Of a DNA stretch of 64,000 nt, positions 22,113-32,516 are shown one piece after another (positions within the stretch are counted from its first letter, which is position 1; every line of letters starts with the position of its first letter). Position numbers and translations under genes: made by a program. Source of the DNA: an uncultured Rivularia sp. (GTDB lineage: Bacteria > Cyanobacteriota > Cyanobacteriia > Cyanobacteriales > Nostocaceae); NCBI GenBank assembly GCA_963665115.1, contig OY762007.1, forward strand, positions 2,688,001-2,752,000. Direction: 5' to 3'. Below the pieces are notes generated by a model. That model ran no database searches. It saw nothing but the letters and a program-made list of their open reading frames with translations, and had not been told where the DNA came from.

Positions 22113-22188
22113 GTCCGGGTGCAAGGGCGTTTAAGGCATCGGTCTGCAACACCGACAATCGTGGGTTAAAATCCCACCCCGGACTCCA
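22113..22188 (+). tRNA. trnC: tRNA-Cys(GCA), encoded CCA, atypical D- and T-loops
   Basis: GTCCGGG/CCCGGAC acceptor, TCGGT-CT GCA AC-ACCGA, T-loop TTAAAAT, U73. Confidence 0.75.
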
Positions 22189-22194
22189 AATAAT

Positions 22195-22266
22195 GCAGAG
22201 ATAGTGTAATTGGCAACACCACAGTCTCCAAAACTGTTGTTCTAAGTTCGAGTCTTAGTCTCTGCG
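22195..22266 (+). tRNA. trnW: tRNA-Trp(CCA)
   Basis: ACAGT-CT CCA AA-ACTGT; T-loop TTCGAGT. Confidence 0.88.
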
Positions 22267-22294
22267 TTTATGGTGTCGTCAGCACTATAAAAAT

Positions 22295-22374
22295 GGGTCG
22301 GCTCGCCTATTGGTGCGGGCAGCTGTCTGTAAAACAGTCCACTCTGGTTGTGAGTTCAATTCTCACCCGACCCA
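22295..22374 (+). tRNA. trnY: tRNA-Tyr(GTA)
   Basis: GGGTCGG/CCGACCC acceptor; GCTGT-CT GTA AA-ACAGT; variable arm. Confidence 0.85.
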
Positions 22375-22378
22375 CTAT

Positions 22379-22463
22379 GGAGAGGTCGCTATTGGTAAGG
22401 TAAGCTGTTTGCTAAACAGTCGTGGATGTAAGTTCATTGTGGGTTCAATTCCCTCTCTCTCCG
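22379..22463 (+). tRNA. trnS: tRNA-Ser(GCT)
   Basis: GGAGAGG/TCTCTCC acceptor; GCTGT-TT GCT AA-ACAGT; long variable arm. Confidence 0.8.
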
Positions 22464-22466
22464 CCT

Positions 22467-22540
22467 GAGAACGTGGTGTAACTGGATAACATCTCAGATT
22501 ACGAATCTGAAGATTGTAGGTTCAAGTCCTACCGTTCTCG
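22467..22540 (+). tRNA. trnR: tRNA-Arg(ACG)
   Basis: TCAGA-TT ACG AA-TCTGA; T-loop TTCAAGT. Confidence 0.88.
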
Positions 22541-22547
22541 TTGCATG

Positions 22548-22613
22548 GGAAAGATGTTGAAATGGCTGGCTTGAGATGCTGAACCAGTTCATTTGATAGT
22601 ATCCATCTTTCCT
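22548..22613 (+). pseudogene. Degenerate tRNA-Ser-like gene
   Basis: GGAAAGATG/CATCTTTCC stem and CTGG..CTTGA..AACCAG remnant of an anticodon arm; no T-arm. Confidence 0.45.
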
Positions 22614-22620
22614 TCTTTAT

Positions 22621-22767
22621 CCCCCGGTAGCTCAATTGGTAGTAGCGCCTGTTTGTTAGCGTTCACACAGTGAGTCGTTAGACTAAGCGTGTCTGAAAGA
22701 CATAGAACAGGAGGTCGTCAGTATCTCCCGGAGAGAGACGCTGCGCTAACAATTCTGACCTGGGGGA
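22621..22767 (+). tRNA. trnF: tRNA-Phe(GAA) interrupted twice: anticodon insert 22656-22703 and T-loop insert 22723-22749
   Basis: CCCCCGG/CTGGGGG acceptor; CCTGT-TTG[48 nt]AGA-ACAGG; GTCAG-T[27 nt]CAATT-CTGAC; anticodon inferred after removing the insert. Confidence 0.8.
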
Positions 22768-22772
22768 CTCAT

Positions 22773-22845
<73 letters not shown>

Positions 22846-22849
22846 TTAT

Positions 22850-22923
22850 TGGGAAGTAGGCAAATAGGTAAAGCCGTCGCACTTTGAATGCGAAATTTGA
22901 AGGTTCGATCCCTTCCTTCCCAG
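22850..22923 (+). tRNA. trnQ: tRNA-Gln(TTG)
   Basis: TGGGAAG/CTTCCCA; TCGCA-CT TTG AA-TGCGA. Confidence 0.88.
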
Positions 22924-22928
22924 CTTAT

Positions 22929-23028
22929 GCTGCTGTAGCCCAACTGGAAGAGGCGCTGGTCTTAGAAACCAGGCGTTGTGGGTATCTCCCTCCGGGAGAC
23001 GCTCCGCTAACAACTCCCACCAGCAGTA
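22929..23028 (+). tRNA. trnL: tRNA-Leu(TAG), short variable loop, 27-nt insertion in T-loop (22984-23010)
   Basis: CTGGT-CT TAG AA-ACCAG; GTGGG-T[ATCTCCCTCCGGGAGACGCTCCGCTAA]CAACT-CCCAC. Confidence 0.85.
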
Positions 23029-23071
23029 TTATCCTGTAGTGCAGTTAATAAATGCTGCCACTTGGATTCAT

Positions 23072-23144
23072 GGGTTGTTAGCTCAGTTGGCAGAGCATCC
23101 GCCTTTTAAGCGGAAGTGCGTAGGTTCAATCCCTACACAACCCA
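23072..23144 (+). tRNA. trnK: tRNA-Lys(TTT)
   Basis: TCCGC-CT TTT AA-GCGGA; T-loop TTCAATC. Confidence 0.9.
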
Positions 23145-23148
23145 CCTT

Positions 23149-23222
23149 ACCCCTGTAACCCAATTGGAAGAGGTGCCAAACTTAAAATCTGGAAGTTGCT
23201 GGTTCAAATCCAGTCAGGGGTA
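23149..23222 (+). tRNA. trnL: tRNA-Leu(TAA), intronless, short variable loop
   Basis: ACCCCTG/CAGGGGT; CCAAA-CT TAA AA-TCTGG (one mismatch). Confidence 0.8.
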
Positions 23223-23280
23223 TTGCAGAGGCATTTTAGTCTTTGTTTTTATAGGAGTGAATCTAACATTTCTAGTTTAC

Positions 23281-23354
23281 GGGGTCATAGCTCAGTTGGA
23301 TAGAGCGCTAGTTTTGCAAGCTAGAGGTTAGGGGTTCAATTCCCCTTGATTCCA
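23281..23354 (+). tRNA. trnA: tRNA-Ala(TGC)
   Basis: G3:U70 pair; CTAGT-TT TGC AA-GCTAG. Confidence 0.9.
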
Positions 23355-23358
23355 TTAT

Positions 23359-23459
23359 GGTGTCAGAAGTCAAAGTGGTCGAGACGCTTGTTTGTGGAAC
23401 AAGTAATTAGCGGGTATGTCCTTACGGACACGCTCCGCTAACAAGTCCCGTCTGACACC
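23359..23459 (+). tRNA. trnH: tRNA-His(GTG) with G-1, 26-nt insertion in T-loop (23416-23441)
   Basis: CTTGT-TT GTG GA-ACAAG; GCGGG-T[ATGTCCTTACGGACACGCTCCGCTAA]CAAGT-CCCGT. Confidence 0.85.
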
Positions 23460-23466
23460 CCTTTAA

Positions 23467-23578
23467 GGAAGATGCTGCTCATGGGAGAGCAACTGCATAA
23501 GGAAAACCAGAGTAAGGGTCACACTTAGGGGGTTCTCCCAAAGGGAGACGCTGACGCGAACGATCCCTCCATCTTCCT
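23467..23578 (+). pseudogene. Atypical/degenerate tRNA-Ser(GGA)-like gene with T-loop insertion (23535-23560)
   Basis: GGAAGATG/CATCTTCC stem, TGCTC/GAGCA D-stem, CTG..GGA AA ACCAG, long variable arm, GGGG-TT[26 nt]CGATC-CCTC. Confidence 0.6.
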
Positions 23579-23721
23579 TTACCACTAGAGTTCGATCGCA
23601 AAAAATAAATTATTTCTAACTTTAGATACTGGCAATTTGTGTCAAAGTTAGAGGATGCTGTTTAAATATTGCTTTTAATCAAGTAAACCCATTTAGATTA
23701 AATTAAAATTCACTTCAGTTC

Positions 23722-25068
23722 ATGACAGAAGCATCCGCAAAACGAGAAGCATTTATTCCCTACCGTCGCAGCGATATTATCAAACTTTGTTTGGATGATG
23801 GTCGGTTAAGTGCTGCTGAGGCTCAAAAGTTTAAAGATTTTTGCGAAATTTTATCGTCATATTATCATTTTCGCTTTCACAAAACCCTGGAAATCATAAA
23901 AGATAATTACGTGCCTTTTAATCCGAATGCGGATGTTGAAGCTTTGGTTCCACCAAGTTTTGAGCAATATGACGCAATGGAATCAAGCGTAGTTGATGGA
24001 TTCGAGCATATTCTGGAAAGAGCTAATTATATTAAATTACCTGAGTATGATGTAAAACAATCTTTGGGTCAAACATCTTTAATAGATTTAAGAACTGAAG
24101 TTGATTTTGATGATTTTGATAGATTTATCTGCTATTACCGGGGTGATTCGTATAAAACAATTATGCAGAAAAAGTTCTTTTTTTGGAAGAAAGAAAGAAG
24201 AATCGATATTTTTGAAAGAATTGTTTTATTAATCAAGTTTAAGGAAGCAGCTTATTTCGGCACGAAGAAAGACAAAAAGAAGGAGCTTAAATTTCTTCCC
24301 GGTAAAATGTATGTTTATTTTTACAAAAATATTCCGAAATTAGATATTGATTTGCTCTTTCCTAACGTTACTACCAGCATGACTTGGAAAGACAGATTAT
24401 TGTTTGGGGTTCCTGCTATCGGTGCTGCGATTCCTTTGATTTTAAGAGCATTACCAAATATATTGTTACTAATTGCGGCAATATTATTCGCATTAAATGC
24501 AGAACCTTTGATAGAAGAGTTAAAGGTTGAAGAATCTCAAGTCAGAAATGTAATGCCCATTTTAGTCGCTACTCTATCATTAGGAATGGCTTTAGGTGGA
24601 TTTGCTTTTAAACAATATAGTAATTATAAAAGTAAGCGAATCAAGTTTCAAAAAGATATCACAGAAACGCTTTTCTTTAAAAATTTAGGGAATAATGACA
24701 GCGTATTTCAAACTTTTATTGATTTGGCAGAAGAAGAAGAATGTAAAGAAATTATTCTTGTATATTACCATTTGCTGACTAGCGAAAAACAACTTACCCC
24801 GGAAGAGTTAGATGCTCGTATCGAAGCTTGGATGCAGAAAAAGCTGGGTACTGCAATCAACTTTGATATTCATGGACCATTAGATAATTTAGCAAATATT
24901 TACGGTAAGTTGATTACAAATAGTTTATCTGAGGAGAGTCTACCGGAAATTCCATTATTAAGATATGACAATGAAGGATTTTGTAACGTTCTTCCTCTTA
25001 ATGATGCCAAGAAAGTTATCGATTATGTTTGGGATAATGCGTTTAATTATAACGGGATAAAATTGTGA
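23722..25068 (+). CDS. DUF3754 / TMEM143 family membrane protein
   Basis: REAFIPYRRSD start; YKNIPKLDIDLLFPN, AEEEECKEIILVY motifs. Confidence 0.8.
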   Translation: MTEASAKREAFIPYRRSDIIKLCLDDGRLSAAEAQKFKDFCEILSSYYHFRFHKTLEIIKDNYVPFNPNADVEALVPPSFEQYDAMESSVVDGFEHILERANYIKLPEYDVKQSLGQTSLIDLRTEVDFDDFDRFICYYRGDSYKTIMQKKFFFWKKERRIDIFERIVLLIKFKEAAYFGTKKDKKKELKFLPGKMYVYFYKNIPKLDIDLLFPNVTTSMTWKDRLLFGVPAIGAAIPLILRALPNILLLIAAILFALNAEPLIEELKVEESQVRNVMPILVATLSLGMALGGFAFKQYSNYKSKRIKFQKDITETLFFKNLGNNDSVFQTFIDLAEEEECKEIILVYYHLLTSEKQLTPEELDARIEAWMQKKLGTAINFDIHGPLDNLANIYGKLITNSLSEESLPEIPLLRYDNEGFCNVLPLNDAKKVIDYVWDNAFNYNGIKL

Positions 25069-25269
25069 AGAAGAGCTAAAACTTACTTCTACCATTAATA
25101 TTCTATCATTTGTCTAAATTCGTTACATCGTTCACGAGTCACAATTCTCACATATACAAACAATATCATTAAGTAACTACACGGAAATAAAAAATTAGAA
25201 ATATGAACTGAGGAGGTTTGTCAGTATAAACTCTGAACTCATTTAGTCCCCGTATGGGCTATATGTAGT

Positions 25270-28200
25270 ATGTTATATCGCATCTACTATGTAACGGTGT
25301 ATTTATTTTTCTACAATCTTGATTTTTTTATAATTCAAAATTATTCTTTGAGAATACAGCAATTTTTCATCTCATCAGCTTTGAATGAATATTTTGGTGT
25401 CGAATTGCTTGCTGTTTTGCTGTTAACAGCTACGGTAATAGTCATTATAAATTTATTTTTTAGCAAAAAAATACTGGAAGCGGAGCAGGAATTAAAGAAA
25501 CAGATCGTTGGGCGCAAACAAGCTGAGGAAGTGCTGGTTTTGAGCCAAGATCGTTTAAGATTACTTAACAGTATTTTAACTGGTGTTCCTTTGGGTATGT
25601 CCGTTGAGCAGATAATAAAAAATACGACAAAAGAACTTCATAGACATTTTTCCGACCTAAAAGTTGCTTTTTCAGATATAGATAACAATGGTATTTTAAC
25701 CGTTAATCATTCTGTAGAAACATCGGATAAGTCGTATCTACAAGGTTTTATTGCTGATTTAACTACGGCTCCCGATTACTTTTTCACTTTAATAAATGGT
25801 CAGAAATTTATCGTTGAAGACGTTACTCAAAATAAATGTTTAGCATCTTTGGCATCCGATATTTTAAAAATTGATAATCAAGCTATATTAGAAATTCCCT
25901 TACGAGATTCGAGCGGGTTAATTGGTGTACTTGGTTTTTATGATTCGCAACCGCGAAAGTGGAGCGAATATGAAATTAATACAATTACTGAAGTTGCTAA
26001 TTATTTACTTGTGGCAATTCAGGATATTCAAAGTCAACAGGAAAATAAACGAACTCAAGTAGAGCTTAAGGAAAGTGAAGCATTCTTAAGAACGCTTTAT
26101 GAAGTAGCAGTCGCTCGTAATTTTGATTTTGAGCAACGCATTCAATATTTATTGGCAATGGGATGTCAAACTTTTGGTGTGGAGTTTGGTATCTTGGCAC
26201 GAATTGAGGATAACCACTATCACGTAACTGTCGCACAGACTCCGGATGATTCCCTATGTTCGGGATCTATTGTCGAATTGGAGCAAACTTTGTCTTATGA
26301 GGTGCTCGATAATGATGAACCTTTGATAATTTCACATAGTAAAAATTCTCCTTGGTGCAATCATCCCGGCTATATAAAGTTTGGTATGGAATTTTATATA
26401 GGGGCACGGATACTAGTTGCAGGCAAAGTTCACAGTACCCTTTCCTTCTCCAGCCTCAAACCACGGCAACAACGGTTTAAAAATACATATAGAGAATTAT
26501 TAAAGTTAATGGCTCAATGGGTGGGCAGCCAAATCGAACGGGAACAAGCCGAACAAGCTTTGAAACAGCAATTTAATCGTGCTTTGTTACTCAAGCAAAT
26601 TACTAATGAAGTTCGTCGCAGTTTAGATGCAAAGCAAATTTTTCAAACTACTGCAATTCAAATTGCCAATGCTTTTAAAGTTAATCGCTGTTTAATTCAC
26701 AACTATATACCTGGTTCAATTAATAAGATTCCTACTGTGGTGGAATATTTAGAGCCAGGTTATCGATCGGTACGACACTATCAAATACCAATTGAGGGTA
26801 ATCCTCATGCGGAGAAAATGGTATCTCAAGATAGCGCGATCGCAACAGCAAATGTTTTTACGGAAACCGTTATTGGAATCTGCTGTAGATATCTGTGCGG
26901 AAATGCAAATCAAGTCGATGTTGGCAATTCGCACTTCATATCAAGGTGAAGCGAATGGCAGTATTGGATTGCATCAGTGCGATAATTATCGTGAGTGGAC
27001 TAGGGATGAAATAGAGTTATTAGAATCTGTAGCCGCACAGGTAGGAATTGCTCTTGCTCAAGCTCGTCTTTTGGAACAAGAAACTCAACAAAAGCAAGAA
27101 CTTACTATCAAAAATAGTCAGTTGGAACAAGCAAAACAAGGAGCCGAAGCTGCAAATCGTGCCAAAAGTGAGTTTTTAGCGATGATGAGCCATGAAATCC
27201 GCACTCCAATGAATGCGGTGATTGGTATGAGTGGGTTGTTGCTGGATATGGATTTGACTCCCCGGCAATTGGATTTTGTAGAAACCATCCGCAGCAGTAG
27301 CGATACATTACTAGCTATTATTAACGATATTTTAGACTTTTCTAAGATTGAATCGGGTAAATTAGATTTGGAGACAATTCCATTTGATTTACGTAATTGT
27401 GTAGAAGAATCTTTAGATTTATTAACTTCTCAAGCTGCTGCTAAACACCTGAACTTAGCGTATATAATTGATTCTCAAGCTCCAATTTCTATTATTGGAG
27501 ATGTAACGCGAGTGCGGCAAATATTAATAAATTTACTTACAAATGCGGTTAAGTTTACAAAAGCTGGTGAGGTGGTTGTTTCTGTAACAGCTAAACAATT
27601 AACCAGTAATTTAACAACGAGCAATTATGAAATTCAATTTGCTGTTAGGGATACGGGAATTGGTATTCCCCAGGAAAAGATTAACCGATTATTTAACCCT
27701 TTTACCCAAATTGATGCATCAATGACTCGTCAATACGGGGGTACTGGATTGGGTTTAGCCATCAGCAAGCGCTTAAGCGAAATTATGGATGGTACGATGT
27801 GGGTAGAAAGTACTGTAGGTGAAGGTTCTACATTTTATTTCACAATTGTTGCCCAGTCGTGTAAAAACTCGGCACTTACCAATCTTGACAATATTCAACC
27901 ACAGATGGCTGGTAAACGACTGTTGATAGTTGATGACAATGCTACCAACCGCAAAATTCTGAGTTTACAAATGCAGAAATGGGGAATAATTGTTTTCACA
28001 GCAGCAGACGGTTTGCAAGCTTTGGAATTAATTAATTCCGGAGAACAATTTGATCTGGCAATTGTAGATATGCGAATGCCGCAAATGGATGGTTTAAGCT
28101 TGGCTTCTCGGATTCATTCTATCCCTGATTACCAACGCTTACCGATAGTAATATTAAGTTCCGTCGATCGATCGGCTCAAAAGCAACTTGCAGTCAAATC

Positions 28201-29143
28201 AGAATTTGTTTCTCTACTCAACAAACCAATCAAACAATCCCAACTATACGATACCTGCGTTCGTATATTATGCGGAAAACAAATTTCCGTTTTACCTTTA
28301 GCATCCTCAGTGTCTAAATTTGATTCTCAATTGAGTCAAACATTACCGTTACGCATTCTTTTAGTGGAAGATATGCCTTTAAATCAAAAGGTAGCTTTAC
28401 ATATGTTACAAAAATTAGGCTATGGCGCTGATGTCGCTTGTAATGGTTTAGAAGGGCTTTCGAGTTTGCGCCGTCAAGATTACGATCTTGTTTTCATGGA
28501 TATACAAATGCCGGAAATGGATGGATTGCAAGCAACTCGCCGTATCTGTAAAGAATGGTTGCCCCCCAAACGCCCTTGGATTGTTGCCATGACGGCAAAT
28601 GCTATGCAAGGTGACAGGGAAGAATGTTTGAATGCCGGAATGAATGACTATGTTAGTAAACCCGTGCGAATTGAAGCTTTAATGGAAATTTTTCATAACT
28701 ATCAAAATTTGCAGCAACCTTTAAATCAAGATTCCGATTCTACCGCTGTTTTTAATCGAGAAGAATCGATGGGGAATGCCCTGCCAGTTATTGATGCTCA
28801 AATATTGCAAGAATTAAAAGATATGGCAGGTGATGATGGTGATGAAATGGTAGCGGAATTAATTGATAGCTATCTCGAAGATGCAGCACTAAAACCGCAA
28901 GAAATTCGTCGCGCTATCGATCGAGATGATGCTGAATATCTACGTGATTCTGCTCATGCTTTAAAGTCGTTAAGCGCCACTATTGGGGCTGTCTCGCTGG
29001 CTGAGGTATGCACGAGATTAGAAGCTATAGGTCGTTCTGGAACAACATCCAATGCTTGTACTTTACTGAAAAAACTTGATACCGAGTACCAACGAGTAGA
29101 AACAGCTTTGCAACAGCACTATCCGACTAAGAGGACATCATGA
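25270..29143 (+). CDS. Multi-GAF hybrid sensor histidine kinase (GAFx3-HisKA-HATPase-REC-REC-Hpt); +1 frameshift at ~26864-26866
   Basis: [23 protein letters not shown], two receiver domains, AHALKS Hpt; removing one A restores VFTEPLLES. Confidence 0.88.
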
Positions 29144-30084
29144 TTAATCTCGAATTGCAACGTAATCCACTCCAAATTCTTGTAGTAGATGACCAAAGAA
29201 CTTTACGATTAGTATTGCGTAAAGCGATAGAAAAGCAGGGACATCGGGTAATAGAAGCTTGCAACGGACAACATTGTTTAGATATCTGTCAAAAAGAAAC
29301 ACCAGACATGATTTTACTCGATGCCATGATGCCGGGAATGGATGGGTTTGCTTGCTGTAATAAATTACAAACACTTATGGGTAAAGATTGTCCGCCGATT
29401 TTGATGATAACAGTTCTCGATGACCAAGAATCAGTAGAACGAGCTTTTCAGGTAGGAGCAAGCGATTACATTACAAAACCCATAAAATGGGACGTATTAG
29501 AGCGGAGAGTTAATCGGTTATTAACATCTCGATTGGCAATATTAGAAACTCGTCGCCAAATTGAACGAGAATGTCGATTAACAGTCGGTTTAGAAACAGC
29601 AAATCGAGAATTACAAAACCTTTCTTCTAGCGATGTTTTGACTAAAGTCGCCAGTCGTTCTTTTTTTAACGAGTACTTACAGCGTGAATGGAAACGATTA
29701 CAAAAGTACGAATTACCTATATCTTTAATTTTATGTAAAATTAATTTTGCACAAATAGATTATCAAGGGAAAGATGAGTATTTATGTCACATTGCTGATA
29801 CCATGCGTAAATGTAAAAAGCACTCAACCGATTTTATTGCTCGCTACAGCGATGAACAATTTGTCATGATATTAGCCAATACTCAAGCTGAAGAAGCAAC
29901 AGAAGTAGTCAAAAAAATTCAACATTCTATAGAATCATTAGATATACAAAACGAAGCTTTAAAAATTTATTTTGGTTCTGCTAGTATGGTTCCCCTTGAA
30001 GAATCATCTGCATATCAATTAGTGAAAAATGCGGAGAAACAGTTAGCAATTAGCAACGAAAAATTAACAATCATAAATTATTAA
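29140..30084 (+). CDS. Response regulator with degenerate GGDEF domain (PleD-like)
   Basis: REC (LVVDD, LLDAMMP, KP) followed by a GGDEF-fold with ARYSDEQF. Confidence 0.85.
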   Translation: MINLELQRNPLQILVVDDQRTLRLVLRKAIEKQGHRVIEACNGQHCLDICQKETPDMILLDAMMPGMDGFACCNKLQTLMGKDCPPILMITVLDDQESVERAFQVGASDYITKPIKWDVLERRVNRLLTSRLAILETRRQIERECRLTVGLETANRELQNLSSSDVLTKVASRSFFNEYLQREWKRLQKYELPISLILCKINFAQIDYQGKDEYLCHIADTMRKCKKHSTDFIARYSDEQFVMILANTQAEEATEVVKKIQHSIESLDIQNEALKIYFGSASMVPLEESSAYQLVKNAEKQLAISNEKLTIINY

Positions 30085-30210
30085 TGATTTGTAGGGTGTG
30101 TGACTATAGTGTTAATTTTAATCAATTATCCGCGCTTTTTTCATGATTTTTTCTCCCTAAAAAGCCACAGAGTCAACACCCTACAAGTTGATTGATAACT
30201 GTTAACAGAC

Positions 30211-31212
30211 TTACCCTAAATAAACAATATACATACCGCCAATATATAAAACAACTAATCCCAAAACGTCATAGGTAAGATATAACCTCGATGGACGTGT
30301 TGCGCGGTAAATTAATCCTACAATCGCTAAAGAAGTCATCATCATGGCAATAATCGCAGTGAAAATATGCACATTGCTTATTTTTGTCCATAGATCGCCT
30401 TTCATATAGACAATATCGTAAACTCCTAAAATTGCCATATTAAAAATATTGGAACCAAAAACGTTGGAAATTGCTAAATCAACAGCATCCAATCGTACCG
30501 CAGCGATTCCAGCAGCAACTTCGGGAAGAGACGTAGTAATTGCGATTAATAACGAACCAATAAAACTTTCTTCCAATCCCGTGGCTTGCACTACTTTATC
30601 TCCCAACAAAGCCAACCATACCCCAAGTACCACAATTGCCAAGGAACATAAAGCAAATGTTAAATATGCTGTTCGCGGTTTAACGTGTGCGTATTCATAA
30701 GCTTCACTTTCTTGTTCTAATACTTGGTTGCGTCGTCTCGTTTCAAACTTGGCAATCAAACGAGCGCTAATTAGATAAATTACGATTAGTACAAGACTCG
30801 GAATACCAATCCAACCCAACATCGGGTGTAAGCCTTTACCCGCTAAAAATATTCCAGTCGCAGCAACACCCAACATTAAAGAGCCTAAACCAGCAGCCAA
30901 ACCGTGACTAACTTGCGCTTGTTGGAAAAGCGGGCCTCCTCCGGTAATAATATCTAATATTGCCAGAATCACTAAATTGAACAAACAGCTACCAAAAATA
31001 CCTCCTGCCGCTAAATCTGGTGCATCCAGATAATTAACCGCACTTATACCAGTAGCCAATTCCGGCAACGAAGTACTTCCAGCAAGTAAAATTGCACCAA
31101 CCCAATTACGTCCTAAACCACTCTTCTCAGCCACCATATCGGCGCTTTGCGAAAGTTTTGAACTTACTGCTATCACTAGCGCTATACATATAATGACTTG
31201 AATCCAAAGCAT
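30211..31212 (-). CDS. Sodium:calcium antiporter (CaCA family)
   Basis: Two alpha repeats GSTSLPEL / TTSLPEV...GSNIFN. Confidence 0.9.
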   Translation of the reverse strand: MLWIQVIICIALVIAVSSKLSQSADMVAEKSGLGRNWVGAILLAGSTSLPELATGISAVNYLDAPDLAAGGIFGSCLFNLVILAILDIITGGGPLFQQAQVSHGLAAGLGSLMLGVAATGIFLAGKGLHPMLGWIGIPSLVLIVIYLISARLIAKFETRRRNQVLEQESEAYEYAHVKPRTAYLTFALCSLAIVVLGVWLALLGDKVVQATGLEESFIGSLLIAITTSLPEVAAGIAAVRLDAVDLAISNVFGSNIFNMAILGVYDIVYMKGDLWTKISNVHIFTAIIAMMMTSLAIVGLIYRATRPSRLYLTYDVLGLVVLYIGGMYIVYLG

Positions 31213-31397
31213 TTAGGACTTCCCCTGGTTACGCTGTTTCTCAGATGATATGTTATTACTTCTCGACTCGAATTGTAAGGTGTTTATTCGTAATAGTTAA
31301 CAGTTGATTAGGGATTGGGGATTGGTAATTGGTAATTGGTAATTGGGGATTGGTAATTGAGTTAGGAGTTAGAAATGACGAATTATCTCCCCACCCC

Positions 31398-32270
31398 TCA
31401 CTCTCCGTCTTCTATATTCATCAAGCGAGGATAAGCTAAATTGTGCTTTGCGAACACTCGTTTTGCTCTTTTTGTCAAGTCAGTTTTGTAAATAAATTCG
31501 TCTCTTGCATCTAAAGGATAACTTTTAAGTTGAAACAAGGTTCCCCAGGGTTTTTCTTCTACGATTACTAAAATAGGAAGTTTTAAATAAGTGTATTTAC
31601 TGGTATATGCCACTCTATATAAAATTTTTGTGACTAATTCAGGATCTACCTCATGAGCAAAGTAAAATTCCGCGATTACCTGGGCTTCTAACTCACCCAT
31701 GTTGGCATTAGATACCGCATTTGTCCAAATTTTATTGTGGGGTATGGTAACAACGTTATCTTCTGGGGTTTGTAAGCGGATTCCCCTGAGTCCGTAACCA
31801 ACCACCTCGCCGTAGAAATCTTCAATTTGAATGCGATCGCCAACTCGATAGGGTGCTTCAAATAAACCGACGATTCCGGCAATGATGGAACTTGCGTAAT
31901 CTTTAAATGCAAAACCCAATGCCACAGCGACGGTACCCGTAACTGCAACTAAGTTATCTCGGGATAAGTTTAAAAATAAGTTCATTAACAATACGATGGT
32001 GAAAGTTAAAACCATCATTCTAAAGAAAGGTAAAAATTGCTTTACTCGCAATCGCCATTCTTTAGCAACTTGTTCGGATAACCAAATTACTAATTTATCA
32101 AAAACTTTGATAGTAATGTAGGAAATTGCGATGACAATCAGCCCTTGACTAATTTTCCAAGTCGTAATTTCTGTTATGATTTGTTTTGTTTGTTCGGCGG
32201 TTTCTTTGGCTGCATCATTGGCAGATTGAGCTAAAACAAGATTAATAAAATTGAAAAATAGAGTGTTCAT
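31398..32270 (-). CDS. Small-conductance mechanosensitive channel (MscS family)
   Basis: ALGFAFKD..IIAG, PYRVGDRIQI, VTIPHNKI; likely ATG at 32270. Confidence 0.88.
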   Translation of the reverse strand: MNTLFFNFINLVLAQSANDAAKETAEQTKQIITEITTWKISQGLIVIAISYITIKVFDKLVIWLSEQVAKEWRLRVKQFLPFFRMMVLTFTIVLLMNLFLNLSRDNLVAVTGTVAVALGFAFKDYASSIIAGIVGLFEAPYRVGDRIQIEDFYGEVVGYGLRGIRLQTPEDNVVTIPHNKIWTNAVSNANMGELEAQVIAEFYFAHEVDPELVTKILYRVAYTSKYTYLKLPILVIVEEKPWGTLFQLKSYPLDARDEFIYKTDLTKRAKRVFAKHNLAYPRLMNIEDGE

Positions 32271-32419
32271 ATTTGTGAAGATGGGTAATGGGTAGATGAG
32301 GAGAGGGGGTAGAGGGGGTAGAGGGGGAAGAGGGGGAGACAAGGAGATGGGGAGAGAAAGATTTATAAACCGTTTGTTTGTAGTGTCCGCTCCGCAAGCT
32401 CCCTAGTTGTTTTTAATCC

Positions 32420-32516
32420 CCAATTAGCAATTAGCAATTAGCAATTCCCAATGCCCAATGCCCAATTACCAATTACCAATTACCAATTACCAATTACCAA
32501 TTACCAATTACCAATT
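32420..32516. repeat. STRR heptamer array (CAATTAC / CAATTAG / CAATGCC)
   Basis: About 13 tandem heptamers; similar arrays at 7110-7170, 8690-8740, 31310-31370, 48775-48840, 52018-52048, 58860-58920. Confidence 0.85.

Noticed and set aside
22656..22703. Group I intron in the tRNA anticodon loop
   Set aside because: Far too short, lacks a catalytic core, and is the reverse complement of a dispersed repeat
22976..23331. Short ORFs 22976..23158 and 23116..23331
   Set aside because: They overlap tRNA genes and are spurious
23467..23578. tRNA-Sec (selC), suggested by the GGAAGAT start and long acceptor stem
   Set aside because: No TCA anticodon and no sel genes in the window
32271..32342. Pro-rich N-terminal extension of the MscS ORF
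   Set aside because: Derived from an intergenic AGAGGGGG repeat; the true start is probably 32270
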